A program made the translations under genes and the position numbers. A model generated the notes under the pieces. The model was not told the origin of the DNA. It saw nothing but the letters and a program-made list of their open reading frames with translations, and made no database searches. Shown here piece by piece: positions 8,565 to 16,185 of a stretch of DNA of 57,078 nt; position 1 is the stretch's first letter, and each line of letters starts with the position of its first letter. Source of the DNA: a virus (lineage: Duplodnaviria > Caudoviricetes); the IMG/VR virus record IMGVR_UViG_3300044641_001763, positions 1 to 57,078 of that record. One strand, 5' to 3'.

Positions 8565-8773
8565 ACGAAGCGAAGCCGTTGGATGTGATTTGGTTTGAGA
8601 CCCCGAAGGGAAGAGTCGGCGTCGTAAAGGTCGAAACCGACCGCGAGGACGTTGAGTATCGGATCGGCATCGCCGACGGGTTCTTGCGACATATGGACGT
8701 GCAGCAGCTTATCGCCTGGGGCGTGCACTTTCCGAAGGAAGCAGGCGAAGTATTGATGACAGCGAAGGATTGA
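8561..8773 (+). CDS. Hypothetical protein
   Basis: ATGA-coupled ORF with RBS. Confidence 0.65.
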   Translation: MNEAKPLDVIWFETPKGRVGVVKVETDREDVEYRIGIADGFLRHMDVQQLIAWGVHFPKEAGEVLMTAKD

Positions 8774-8774
8774 C

Positions 8775-9101
8775 ATGGACGTAAACCCAGAACTTGCAAT
8801 TGAATACTTGTTCAAGCACGGCAAGCGGTACGCAAAAGCGAAGGCGGAGAGGATCTATCTCGAGGAGTACAGGAAGAGTCTGAAAGCGATCTTGATGAAG
8901 CGAAGCTACGAGCAGACGGTCAACGCGCAGGAGCGCGAGGCGTACAGCGCTCAGGAGTACATCGACCTTCTCAAAGGCCTTAAAGAGGCCGTAGAGCGCG
9001 AGGAAGAGATTCGCTGGGGGTTGGTAGCGGCGCAGGCAAGGATCGAAGTCTGGCGTTCGCAAGAGGCTACAAATCGGGCAGAAGGCAGAGCAACTGTTTA
9101 G
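8775..9101 (+). CDS. Helical protein resembling UvsY-like recombination mediators
   Basis: AKAKAERIYLEEYRKS...WRSQEA coiled pattern. Confidence 0.5.
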   Translation: MDVNPELAIEYLFKHGKRYAKAKAERIYLEEYRKSLKAILMKRSYEQTVNAQEREAYSAQEYIDLLKGLKEAVEREEEIRWGLVAAQARIEVWRSQEATNRAEGRATV

Positions 9102-9110
9102 GGAAAGAGC

Positions 9111-9290
9111 ATGACAGACTTAACAGTCATTGAGACAAAATTGGTCGATCCGAAATCCCTGTGGGGGCGACCGTGGACGCGAGGTGCGGACGTGCAAAGT
9201 GTTTGGCGGCGGTACGGCTGGGTGCCACCAACGGAGTACCGGACAGACTGGCTCTTTGGGAAGAACCGGGAGGTCGTTGATGATCGATGA
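9111..9290 (+). CDS. Small protein with DVQSVWRRYGWVPP motif, absent from ORF track
   Basis: Manual translation, 59 aa, fills the gap between neighbours. Confidence 0.65.
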   Translation: MTDLTVIETKLVDPKSLWGRPWTRGADVQSVWRRYGWVPPTEYRTDWLFGKNREVVDDR

Positions 9291-9477
9291 TCCGGAAGAG
9301 GAAGCGTGGCGCGAGCTGGAGCGCAGGATTAGGCGAACGCCGGTATCAATGACCGTAGCGCTCGAGGCGTATCTAAAAAACCGAGGCTTTAAAACTGCGA
9401 GTGACGTTGAAGTGGAACGGCACTTTCAGGCGGGGTGGATGGCCGCGGTCAGAAACCACAGGGAAAGTAACGATTGA
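9280..9477 (+). CDS. Hypothetical protein (MIDDPEEEAW...)
   Basis: GGAGG RBS; overlaps both neighbours. Confidence 0.6.
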   Translation: MIDDPEEEAWRELERRIRRTPVSMTVALEAYLKNRGFKTASDVEVERHFQAGWMAAVRNHRESND

Positions 9478-9821
9478 CAACGCTTGCTGAACGTCAGCAC
9501 ATGGGACGCGTGGCCGAACTGGGCTGCGCCGTCTGCCGGAGGATGGGGCACCCTGGAACGCCCGCGGAACTCCATCATCTGCGGGCCGGGACAGGGGCTG
9601 GAAGACGCGCAAACAACTGGTGTGTCATTCCGCTATGCCCCGAGCATCACAGGGGCAACACGGGCCTGCATGGCCTCGGGACGAAGGGGTTCCCGAAGCA
9701 CTGGGGCTACGGCGAGATCGAGCTGCTGCAGGACACGGTAGACCTCATAGAAAAAACCTATGGACAGGTGGCACCCCGATTTATAAATTTTTTTCCAAAA
9801 GAGATAAATTTCTCCCACTAA
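9474..9821 (+). CDS. Ref-like/HNH-type Zn-binding nuclease
   Basis: GCAVC, AELHH, IPLCPEHH motifs. Confidence 0.8.
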   Translation: MTTLAERQHMGRVAELGCAVCRRMGHPGTPAELHHLRAGTGAGRRANNWCVIPLCPEHHRGNTGLHGLGTKGFPKHWGYGEIELLQDTVDLIEKTYGQVAPRFINFFPKEINFSH

Positions 9822-9870
9822 CGTCTAACTTAGTGTTACAGTTCTATCCATGCAGTCGCCGACTGCGACA

Positions 9871-9881
9871 ACAGCGAAGGA
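9871..9881 (+). promoter_or_regulatory. ACAGCGAAGGA leader motif (copy 1 of 4; others 10983, 15002, 15359)
   Basis: Exact 11-mer 6-7 nt upstream of four early-gene ATGs. Confidence 0.7.
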
Positions 9882-9888
9882 AAGCGAA

Positions 9889-10173
9889 ATGGCTACTCTG
9901 ACCAACGACATTGACACCCTGGGTTCCCTGCTCAAAGAGATCGCCGATCTCGAGGCCCGCGCCAAGAAGATCAAGGACGGCATCAAGGACGAGGCCAGCC
10001 TGACCGGCCAGAAGCTCTGGGACGGCGAGCAGTTCCAAGTTCTGTACGTTGAGGCTAACGTCAGCACCGTTGACTGGAAGGCCTTGGCCAAGGAGCTTGC
10101 GATCCCTGCTGAGTTGATCGCCAAGCACACCAAGACCGCGGCCCGCTTCTCCCTGAAGTGCGAAGCCAAGTAA
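9889..10173 (+). CDS. Hypothetical early protein
   Basis: Strongly biased codons; leader motif upstream. Confidence 0.8.
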   Translation: MATLTNDIDTLGSLLKEIADLEARAKKIKDGIKDEASLTGQKLWDGEQFQVLYVEANVSTVDWKALAKELAIPAELIAKHTKTAARFSLKCEAK

Positions 10174-10178
10174 TCACC

Positions 10179-10192
10179 GGGGCTTCGGCCCC
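10179..10192 (+). terminator. GC hairpin with UUCG tetraloop (stability/termination element)
   Basis: ggggc-ttcg-gcccc right after the stop codon; weak U tract. Confidence 0.5.
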
Positions 10193-10213
10193 ATTCAACT
10201 GAAAGCGAAGATC

Positions 10214-10423
10214 ATGAACAACGACGACATCAAGAATCTTTCCAAGTTGCTTGACGTGTTGTATGCGCTGGCTAACCCGAGCCGTAGCAACCCGCACGAC
10301 CTCGAGATCGCCCAGGCGTTCAACGCCGCGATGAAAGAGCACGACATCAACTACGCCAAGCTGGTGACGCTCAAGAGCCTCATGAACCGAAAGGCGGCGA
10401 TCCTGGAGACACACAATGAATGA
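10214..10423 (+). CDS. Hypothetical protein
   Basis: ORF with biased codons. Confidence 0.7.
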   Translation: MNNDDIKNLSKLLDVLYALANPSRSNPHDLEIAQAFNAAMKEHDINYAKLVTLKSLMNRKAAILETHNE

Positions 10424-10511
10424 GCCAGTCTGGCTGACTGCCCTGAAAGCCTGCGCAATATTTGCGGGCTTTTATTTCTTCGTCGTGGTCATCTTTGGGA
10501 GTACACCATGA
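10416..10511 (+). CDS. 31-aa single-pass membrane peptide, absent from ORF track
   Basis: MNEPVWLTALKACAIFAGFYFFVVVIFGSTP; GGAG RBS; overlaps both neighbours. Confidence 0.6.
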   Translation: MNEPVWLTALKACAIFAGFYFFVVVIFGSTP

Positions 10512-10921
10512 GCAGGAAGCTGTTGCGGTCAGTGTTAATTAACCTGCGCCTGATCGACTGTCGTGACGAGATCACTGCCTATCAAATCGGGAAAGTCGTC
10601 CGGGCAATCGAGGAGCACCTAACCGAGACGCGAGCGTTAGCGCGGCACGACAGCCCTGACACGAGCAAGGCCGCGGCCTCCCTAGTTAGCTTGACGAAAC
10701 TCGAGGCGATGGTGCTGGACGCAATTGCGTCATACGGGCCTTCAGGCTGCATCAGCGATGAGATAAGGGGGAAGCACCCAGCGATCCCTTACAGCTCGAT
10801 CACGGCCCGTTTTGCGGCTCTGATGGACCGTGGCTTGATCGAGGATACGGGTCAACGCCGAAAGGGCGGTAGCAGCCGGATGCAACGCGTAGTCAGGCTA
10901 TCAACAGCGGCGCATCGATAA
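10508..10921 (+). CDS. Winged-HTH DNA-binding protein
   Basis: ARHDSPDTSKAAA motif followed by SITARFAALMDRGLIEDTG. Confidence 0.7.
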   Translation: MSRKLLRSVLINLRLIDCRDEITAYQIGKVVRAIEEHLTETRALARHDSPDTSKAAASLVSLTKLEAMVLDAIASYGPSGCISDEIRGKHPAIPYSSITARFAALMDRGLIEDTGQRRKGGSSRMQRVVRLSTAAHR

Positions 10922-10951
10922 AAAAATTTCATCGTAAAAACTCAACACAAC

Positions 10952-10967
10952 GCGCTAGATCTAGCGC
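10952..10967. promoter_or_regulatory. 16-bp perfect palindrome, operator-like
   Basis: gcgctagatctagcgc in an AT-rich intergenic promoter region. Confidence 0.55.
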
Positions 10968-11000
10968 ACAATAGAGTCTCTTACAGCGAAGGAGCAACAA

Positions 11001-11243
11001 ATGATTGAGACCCGGATTTCTGGCATCCCCTGCCTGATCGAAGTCACCGTGTTCAGCCACTACGCGGGGCGTGACACCTGGGGCAGTGACTGGGACTACA
11101 ACGGCGGCACCGAAGTCGAGTTTGAAGTGTTGGATCGCCGCGGTCGTCCTGCTCCTTGGCTTGAGCGCAAGCTGACTAGCAAGGACTACGACCGGATCGT
11201 CGGTGAAATCATCGACTCGTCACAAAAATCCCGCTACTTCTGA
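11001..11243 (+). CDS. Hypothetical protein
   Basis: Leader motif/RBS; LDRRGRPAPWLERKLT. Confidence 0.8.
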   Translation: MIETRISGIPCLIEVTVFSHYAGRDTWGSDWDYNGGTEVEFEVLDRRGRPAPWLERKLTSKDYDRIVGEIIDSSQKSRYF

Positions 11244-11251
11244 GGTCAATC

Positions 11252-11449
11252 ATGCTTGCATATTGCGATTACATCAGCGCCGTCACAACTCTGGGACTTA
11301 AGAACTTGGACGCCGAGTCCAAGATTCAGACAATCGGTTATCCGGAGATGGATCTGCACCCAGACGGGTACATGGTGAGCACCAAGCGGACCATCATGGT
11401 CCAGGACAAAAACGGCAAGAGCTACCGTATTACGGTGGAGGAGGCGTGA
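11252..11449 (+). CDS. Hypothetical protein
   Basis: GAGG RBS; coupled ORF. Confidence 0.7.
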   Translation: MLAYCDYISAVTTLGLKNLDAESKIQTIGYPEMDLHPDGYMVSTKRTIMVQDKNGKSYRITVEEA

Positions 11450-11838
11450 TGAAAATGTTGAACACAGAGCACCAGAACGCCGCGTGTCGAGCGCTGCTGG
11501 CCAACGTTGTGCTGCTGGCTGTTGCGGACGCGTGTTCGCAGCCGCCTAAGCGGCGCACAGATGAGAGACGACCGTCATTGCCGATCAGCACCGAGGCTTT
11601 CACCGCGATGCGGTTCCTGTTCGACGAGTCGTTTTCGGGATTGACGGAGTACACAACGTGGCTAGACATTGACCCAGGTCAATTCAGATCCCGGATGCTG
11701 ACGATCATGCACGATTCGAGTCCGGTATCAATCAATGGGTTTGATGCGCTTCAACGCCGCAATTTCAAGTTCAACTACGTCCACTGGTATAAGTCCAAGA
11801 ACCTTGACTTTTCAGACCTGGAGGAAACAGATGATTGA
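11446..11838 (+). CDS. Hypothetical protein
   Basis: Coupled ORF. Confidence 0.7.
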   Translation: MMKMLNTEHQNAACRALLANVVLLAVADACSQPPKRRTDERRPSLPISTEAFTAMRFLFDESFSGLTEYTTWLDIDPGQFRSRMLTIMHDSSPVSINGFDALQRRNFKFNYVHWYKSKNLDFSDLEETDD

Positions 11839-11995
11839 TTGGGCAGAGGGCCATCACGCAATGAAGCAATTGGTGCAGGAGCTGTACGAAGTCATGCTCA
11901 AGAATGACAACGTAAAAGCAAGAGATATTTGTCAGCAAATTATTGTTGAAGCGCGGCTTACTCGCGCAATGATTCAGGAGAACAAAAATGTTTAA
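11831..11995 (+). CDS. Hypothetical protein (MIDWAEG...)
   Basis: GGAGG RBS before ATG 11831. Confidence 0.65.
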   Translation: MIDWAEGHHAMKQLVQELYEVMLKNDNVKARDICQQIIVEARLTRAMIQENKNV

Positions 11996-12197
11996 CGAAC
12001 TCAAATCCGTCCCTTTGAAACGCGACTACACAAAGGACAACGATCAACTCGAACGAGCGATTGAAAAAGTAAAAACAAAGTACCCGCATATGTTCCTGCA
12101 GCAGCACGAGCTGAAGAACAGAAAGTTCATGGACGAACCTGCGTCACCGATCCCGATGGAGTCAGCTTTGTATTTGATTCAAGCGGTGAAAAAATGA
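11988..12197 (+). CDS. Hypothetical protein
   Basis: AGGAG RBS. Confidence 0.65.
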   Translation: MFNELKSVPLKRDYTKDNDQLERAIEKVKTKYPHMFLQQHELKNRKFMDEPASPIPMESALYLIQAVKK

Positions 12198-12496
12198 CAC
12201 GAGACGGCATCCTGAAGATGGCGAAGCAGGCCTGTCATCCGCATGAAAAAGCGATCTTTGCATCGCCGTGGGGCGAGGAGTGGGTGTTGAAGTTCTTCGC
12301 GCTCATCCAGCAGCAGATGCTCTTTGACGGCATCCACACCTGCAACGATCAATGCCAGCGACCGGCGTGTGTTACGGTCAGGAAAGCGGTGGAGAGAGAA
12401 AGAGAGGCTTGCGCTTTGTCAGTGGAGCAGGCAGGGATCGACGGCTACGGCACCCTGGCCGCGGCAGCAGCAATCAGAGCACGGGGGAGCCAATGA
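12194..12496 (+). CDS. Hypothetical protein (MTRD...EREACA...AAAIRARG family)
   Basis: ATGA coupling; characteristic terminal motifs. Confidence 0.75.
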   Translation: MTRDGILKMAKQACHPHEKAIFASPWGEEWVLKFFALIQQQMLFDGIHTCNDQCQRPACVTVRKAVEREREACALSVEQAGIDGYGTLAAAAAIRARGSQ

Positions 12497-12750
12497 GCTA
12501 CACATCCGGGCCGTGGCGGGTCAGGCGGTCCAATCACAGTGACAAATATCGCTACGTTCAAATCGGCAAGGACGAAAACTACACGACGCTCGACCTGCTC
12601 GCAGACGACGCGAGACTGATCTCAGCAGCACCTGATCTGTACGAGGCGCTGCAAGAGATTGTCGATGCGACAGATACGGGCTGGGAGCATCTTGATGCGA
12701 CGTTTACACGAGCGCGGGCGGCGTTGAAGAAAGCAAGGGGGCAAGCATGA
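12493..12750 (+). CDS. Hypothetical protein (GPW...ARLISAAPDL family)
   Basis: Characteristic phage motif; ATGA coupling. Confidence 0.75.
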   Translation: MSYTSGPWRVRRSNHSDKYRYVQIGKDENYTTLDLLADDARLISAAPDLYEALQEIVDATDTGWEHLDATFTRARAALKKARGQA

Positions 12751-13376
12751 GTTACATCGTCGCAAGCCTGCCACCCCTAAAGTGCTTTGTGCGCCGAGAG
12801 TACTTGTACAACTTCACCAAGGGGCACGGTGAGCTAGAACCTGCCATCTGGACCAGCATCAAGGCGCTGCGCGGTCAGGTGTTCCGGATCGAATCACTGT
12901 TGCCAAGCTACGGGGCGCTGTACGACAAGCTGCCGATCAGCGCCTACGTCTGGAAAGAAGACCACGGCGACTTGCCTATCGACACGCTGCAACTGTGGGA
13001 CTGCATGGGCTACCGCTTTACCGTGTGCGAGAAGATCGGCTTGCGTAACTTGGGCGTAAAGTTTTTGGGCAAGGACAAGCAGTGGCACCACGGGCGCTAC
13101 CTGTTCACGGTGGACTTCTGCGCTGACGGCATGGACGCTGACACGGGTTTTACTGAGCAGGCCGAGGAGCACAAGAGCTTTAACTTCATCCGGCTGGAGA
13201 ACGGCCAGTTCGCCACGCAGCCCAACAACCGCTGCCTTTGGTACGACCAGAGCCTGATCCCTGCTGAGGTTAAGTTCCCAGACTTTCAAGCAGCTAAAGA
13301 TTTTTACACCGTTGACGGCACGCGCAAGTGGTCTGCTGGCGACGATTGGTTTTACGACATACAGGAGCGAACATGA
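12747..13376 (+). CDS. Conserved phage protein of unknown function
   Basis: 209 aa; GALYDKLP, QLWDC, EHKS, QPNNR motifs. Confidence 0.8.
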   Translation: MSYIVASLPPLKCFVRREYLYNFTKGHGELEPAIWTSIKALRGQVFRIESLLPSYGALYDKLPISAYVWKEDHGDLPIDTLQLWDCMGYRFTVCEKIGLRNLGVKFLGKDKQWHHGRYLFTVDFCADGMDADTGFTEQAEEHKSFNFIRLENGQFATQPNNRCLWYDQSLIPAEVKFPDFQAAKDFYTVDGTRKWSAGDDWFYDIQERT

Positions 13377-13414
13377 CACAAGATGACATCATCCGAGCAA
13401 GGGGTGAGAGATGA
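13373..13414 (+). pseudogene. 13-codon mini-ORF MTQDDIIRARGER, likely internally deleted gene
   Basis: Joins the MTxDxI start and the IRARG end of the 12194-type family; keeps RBS and ATGA coupling. Confidence 0.6.
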
Positions 13415-13633
13415 ATAAACCAACAGGAGGCCCAGCGTTCCCGACGGGGACGGCATATCAAGGCATGACGCTTCGCGATTATTTTGCGGCGAAGGTGATG
13501 CAGGGCTTGCTTGCGGGTCTTGATAGAGATGCTCGTCGATTTATGGAATGCCAAGAAGAGCCGATAAAAACACTAGCAGAGGCAAGCTGGTCAATGGCAG
13601 ACGCCATGCTGAAAGCAAGGGGTGAGAGATGAA
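13396..13633 (+). repeat. 20-bp direct repeat agcaaggggtgagagatgaa flanking one gene
   Basis: Exact copies at 13396-13415 and 13614-13633. Confidence 0.9.
13411..13632 (+). CDS. Hypothetical protein (GGPAFP...GMTLRDYFAAK family)
   Basis: Widespread phage motif. Confidence 0.8.
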   Translation: MNKPTGGPAFPTGTAYQGMTLRDYFAAKVMQGLLAGLDRDARRFMECQEEPIKTLAEASWSMADAMLKARGER

Positions 13634-13829
13634 ACCCAAGTTCACCCGCATCATCGACGGCATCCCGTGCATGACGGTAACAGAGCATGATTGGATCGTT
13701 GGTCAGTTGCTTAAGATTATTGAGGGTCTGGTCGAAGGCGCAGAGCCAGACTGCGGCGATCCGGGATGCAAGGATTGCGAGGTGTGGCGACCGGCTCGTG
13801 CGGCGATTAAGGAGTTGAAGGAGGAGTAA
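13629..13829 (+). CDS. Small Cys-containing hypothetical protein
   Basis: CGDPGCKDC; ATGA coupling. Confidence 0.65.
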   Translation: MKPKFTRIIDGIPCMTVTEHDWIVGQLLKIIEGLVEGAEPDCGDPGCKDCEVWRPARAAIKELKEE

Positions 13830-13831
13830 AC

Positions 13832-14155
13832 ATGAAGACAAAGCAAGAAATTAAAGACGAGATCCTTGAGCTGTATGGCGCTACCACGGCTCTGGGCGAG
13901 GCGATGAACGTGCTTCACGCGCAGCGCATGGAAAAGAGCAAGCAGATGATGGCGTTGAATCATATGCTCAAAGAGATGGGCGACGATGCGTCTGCGGAGC
14001 AGCCAGAGCAGGGGCAATGGGATGCCATACCTGACGCTTTCAATGAGTGGTGGAATGCCGATTACGACGACAGCACCAACCCGTTCAGGCCAGACAGCTC
14101 GGCTTATTGGGCGTGGGCCGGTTGGTCTGCGGCAAACAAGGAGAAAAACGGATGA
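13832..14155 (+). CDS. Hypothetical protein
   Basis: GGAGGAG RBS. Confidence 0.7.
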   Translation: MKTKQEIKDEILELYGATTALGEAMNVLHAQRMEKSKQMMALNHMLKEMGDDASAEQPEQGQWDAIPDAFNEWWNADYDDSTNPFRPDSSAYWAWAGWSAANKEKNG

Positions 14156-14346
14156 GCATGTGTGTTGAGTGCGGGACATGGGATACCCGCACGACTGCAA
14201 CGCGAAGAGACACCCGATACAACTGGACATGGCGGCGCAAGCGCTGTAACGAGTGCGGTCACATCTGGGAGACGTACGAGATTCCTACCGATTGTATGGC
14301 TGAACCCAGCACGTGGGCGAACGAAGACGGGAGACTAATAAAGTGA
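14152..14346 (+). CDS. NrdR-N-terminal-like zinc-ribbon protein
   Basis: CVEC...TWRRKRCNECGHIWETYE. Confidence 0.7.
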   Translation: MSMCVECGTWDTRTTATRRDTRYNWTWRRKRCNECGHIWETYEIPTDCMAEPSTWANEDGRLIK

Positions 14347-14669
14347 GCTTGAAGATACAGACCTACGTTGACCTACTGGCGCACTTGAACGAAGGCGCAG
14401 TGAGCGCACAAGATCTTGCAGACCTGACCGGGCTACACGTAGAGACGACACGAGTGTTTGTAAAAGAAATGCACAAACGTGGACTGGTTCATATCGCACA
14501 GTGGGACAATCGCTATAACAGGCGCATCAAGCTGCCGATGTACAAACTCGGAGATGGAATTGACAAGCCCAAGCCCCAAAGACTATGTAGTGCTGAAACC
14601 ACAAAACGATACAGGCAGCGGCAGAAGCTCAGAGCGCAGTTCGACCCGTTCTACGCCATCTGCCGATAG
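14343..14669 (+). CDS. Winged-HTH protein
   Basis: SAQDLADLTGLH...GLVHIAQW; GTGA coupling. Confidence 0.7.
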   Translation: MSLKIQTYVDLLAHLNEGAVSAQDLADLTGLHVETTRVFVKEMHKRGLVHIAQWDNRYNRRIKLPMYKLGDGIDKPKPQRLCSAETTKRYRQRQKLRAQFDPFYAICR

Positions 14670-14799
14670 TCAACACCTATCAACATTGAACGCCGATTAA
14701 AATATATTTTGTCAAGCCTCACACAAGCAAAGCAAATTGGTTTACAGTTCTACATACGCGCTGCACACCGCAGCGTGCAACAACACAGGAGTAGATGAG

Positions 14800-14979
14800 A
14801 TGGATTTCAGCACTATGACTCTGCGCGAACTGTCCGACTGGGTAGCTGCAAACAATCGCGGCCTGTTTGACACGGGCGAATTCCCTTCGGTCGATGATTT
14901 GGACGAAGAAGAAGAGATCGACGCGAGAGAGGAATACGAGTACATGGCAGATGAAATTCTGATAGGGGTCTGCCGGTAG
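14800..14979 (+). CDS. Small acidic hypothetical protein
   Basis: AGGAG RBS; very Asp/Glu rich. Confidence 0.55.
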   Translation: MDFSTMTLRELSDWVAANNRGLFDTGEFPSVDDLDEEEEIDAREEYEYMADEILIGVCR

Positions 14980-14998
14980 ACCGGCACTGATGAGTCCA
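14945..14998 (+). ncRNA. Candidate type II hammerhead ribozyme (possibly degenerate)
   Basis: GAAA(14953)-stem III-GUC(14968-70)-stem I tgccgg/ccggca-CUGAUGAG(14987-94) in correct order; stems II and III rely on G-U pairs. Confidence 0.55.
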
Positions 14999-15018
14999 CT
15001 AACAGCGAAGGAGCAGAA

Positions 15019-15330
15019 ATGAACAAGTATGCAAATCACCACGGCTACAGCGACGTGACCCCCTATGAAGTCGTGCGCGTTATCAGTGACAAGACCATCG
15101 AGATCCGCGAGATGGACTCCGAGCGCGATGAGTCGGTCGAGCTGAAGTGGGCGGTTGGTGGCTTCGCCGGTCATTGCGTTAATCAGCGCGATCAGAAGTG
15201 GCACATCAAGAGCAACAGCGAAAACCGCGTGGTCCGCATCCGGCTCACCAAAAAAGGCTGGAAAGATGCTCACGGTGGTCGGTACGATCTGGCCGACCAA
15301 CCGCGCCGCTTCTACGATTACAACTTCTAA
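15019..15330 (+). CDS. Conserved hypothetical early protein
   Basis: YSDVTPYEVVRVIS...RRFYDYNF; leader motif. Confidence 0.85.
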   Translation: MNKYANHHGYSDVTPYEVVRVISDKTIEIREMDSERDESVELKWAVGGFAGHCVNQRDQKWHIKSNSENRVVRIRLTKKGWKDAHGGRYDLADQPRRFYDYNF

Positions 15331-15337
15331 TGACCGC

Positions 15338-15353
15338 GGGGGCTACGGCCCCG
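15338..15353 (+). terminator. GC hairpin with UACG tetraloop
   Basis: ggggc-tacg-gcccc after the stop codon. Confidence 0.45.
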
Positions 15354-15376
15354 AACAAACAGCGAAGGAAATACAA

Positions 15377-15529
15377 ATGCTCTACATCGAATCTATCAAG
15401 CACGACCCAGAAGGCGTGTTCGCCATGCTTATCCTGCTGCCGTACAACACCGCGCACGAGCGCTTCTTCACCTCCATCGAAGAAGCAGAAGCCGAAGTCG
15501 CAGCATTCAACGCATTCTGCTCGAAGTAA
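15377..15529 (+). CDS. Small hypothetical protein
   Basis: Leader motif upstream of ATG 15377. Confidence 0.65.
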   Translation: MLYIESIKHDPEGVFAMLILLPYNTAHERFFTSIEEAEAEVAAFNAFCSK

Positions 15530-15564
15530 GTTACACTCCGGGCATAAACAACCCGGAGAGGAAT

Positions 15565-16185
15565 ATGCCCCAGGCAGAAACCCCGCGCACCAGAAAGGCC
15601 GCAGAGGCGAAAACACAGAAGGCAGACACTCAACCCACTGCCTCGCCTCCTGTCGGTCTACAGCCCAAGAAAACAGGCAGGCCTAGCAAATACACTCCAG
15701 AGATCGCACAACAAATGTGCGAGCTACTCAGTGAAGGTGTTCCGCTTAGGGAGATCTGCAGGAAAAATGGATTCCCTGAATGGCGCACTGTCTACGATTG
15801 GATGTACAGGGACGATCAGGCTGTAGCTTCTGGCGGAGGCGTCGGGCTTTCCGCAGCCATCGCCCGCGCACGGGAAGCTGGCTACGACGCAATGGCTGAG
15901 GAGTGCCTGATCATTGCCGATACGCCGAAGTTCGGGCAAAAGCAGGTGATGACAGAGGACGGCACGGCCACGACGCTCGAGGATATGCTCGGTCACAGGA
16001 AGCTGCAGATTGAGACGCGCCTCAAGCTGCTGGCCAAGTGGAATCCCAAGAAGTACGGCGACAGGACTACCTTGGCAGGGGACGCAGAAGCACCGATCAA
16101 GATCGAGGCGGAGTCCCAGGCGGAGAAGATGCTCGCCGCCCTCCTCACGAACGTCGAGCTGAAGCGTCAGAGTGAGTCTCGCTGA
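15565..16185 (+). CDS. terS: Terminase small subunit
   Basis: GRPSKYTPE HTH, RLKLLAKWNPKKYGD; precedes TerL. Confidence 0.9.
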   Translation: MPQAETPRTRKAAEAKTQKADTQPTASPPVGLQPKKTGRPSKYTPEIAQQMCELLSEGVPLREICRKNGFPEWRTVYDWMYRDDQAVASGGGVGLSAAIARAREAGYDAMAEECLIIADTPKFGQKQVMTEDGTATTLEDMLGHRKLQIETRLKLLAKWNPKKYGDRTTLAGDAEAPIKIEAESQAEKMLAALLTNVELKRQSESR

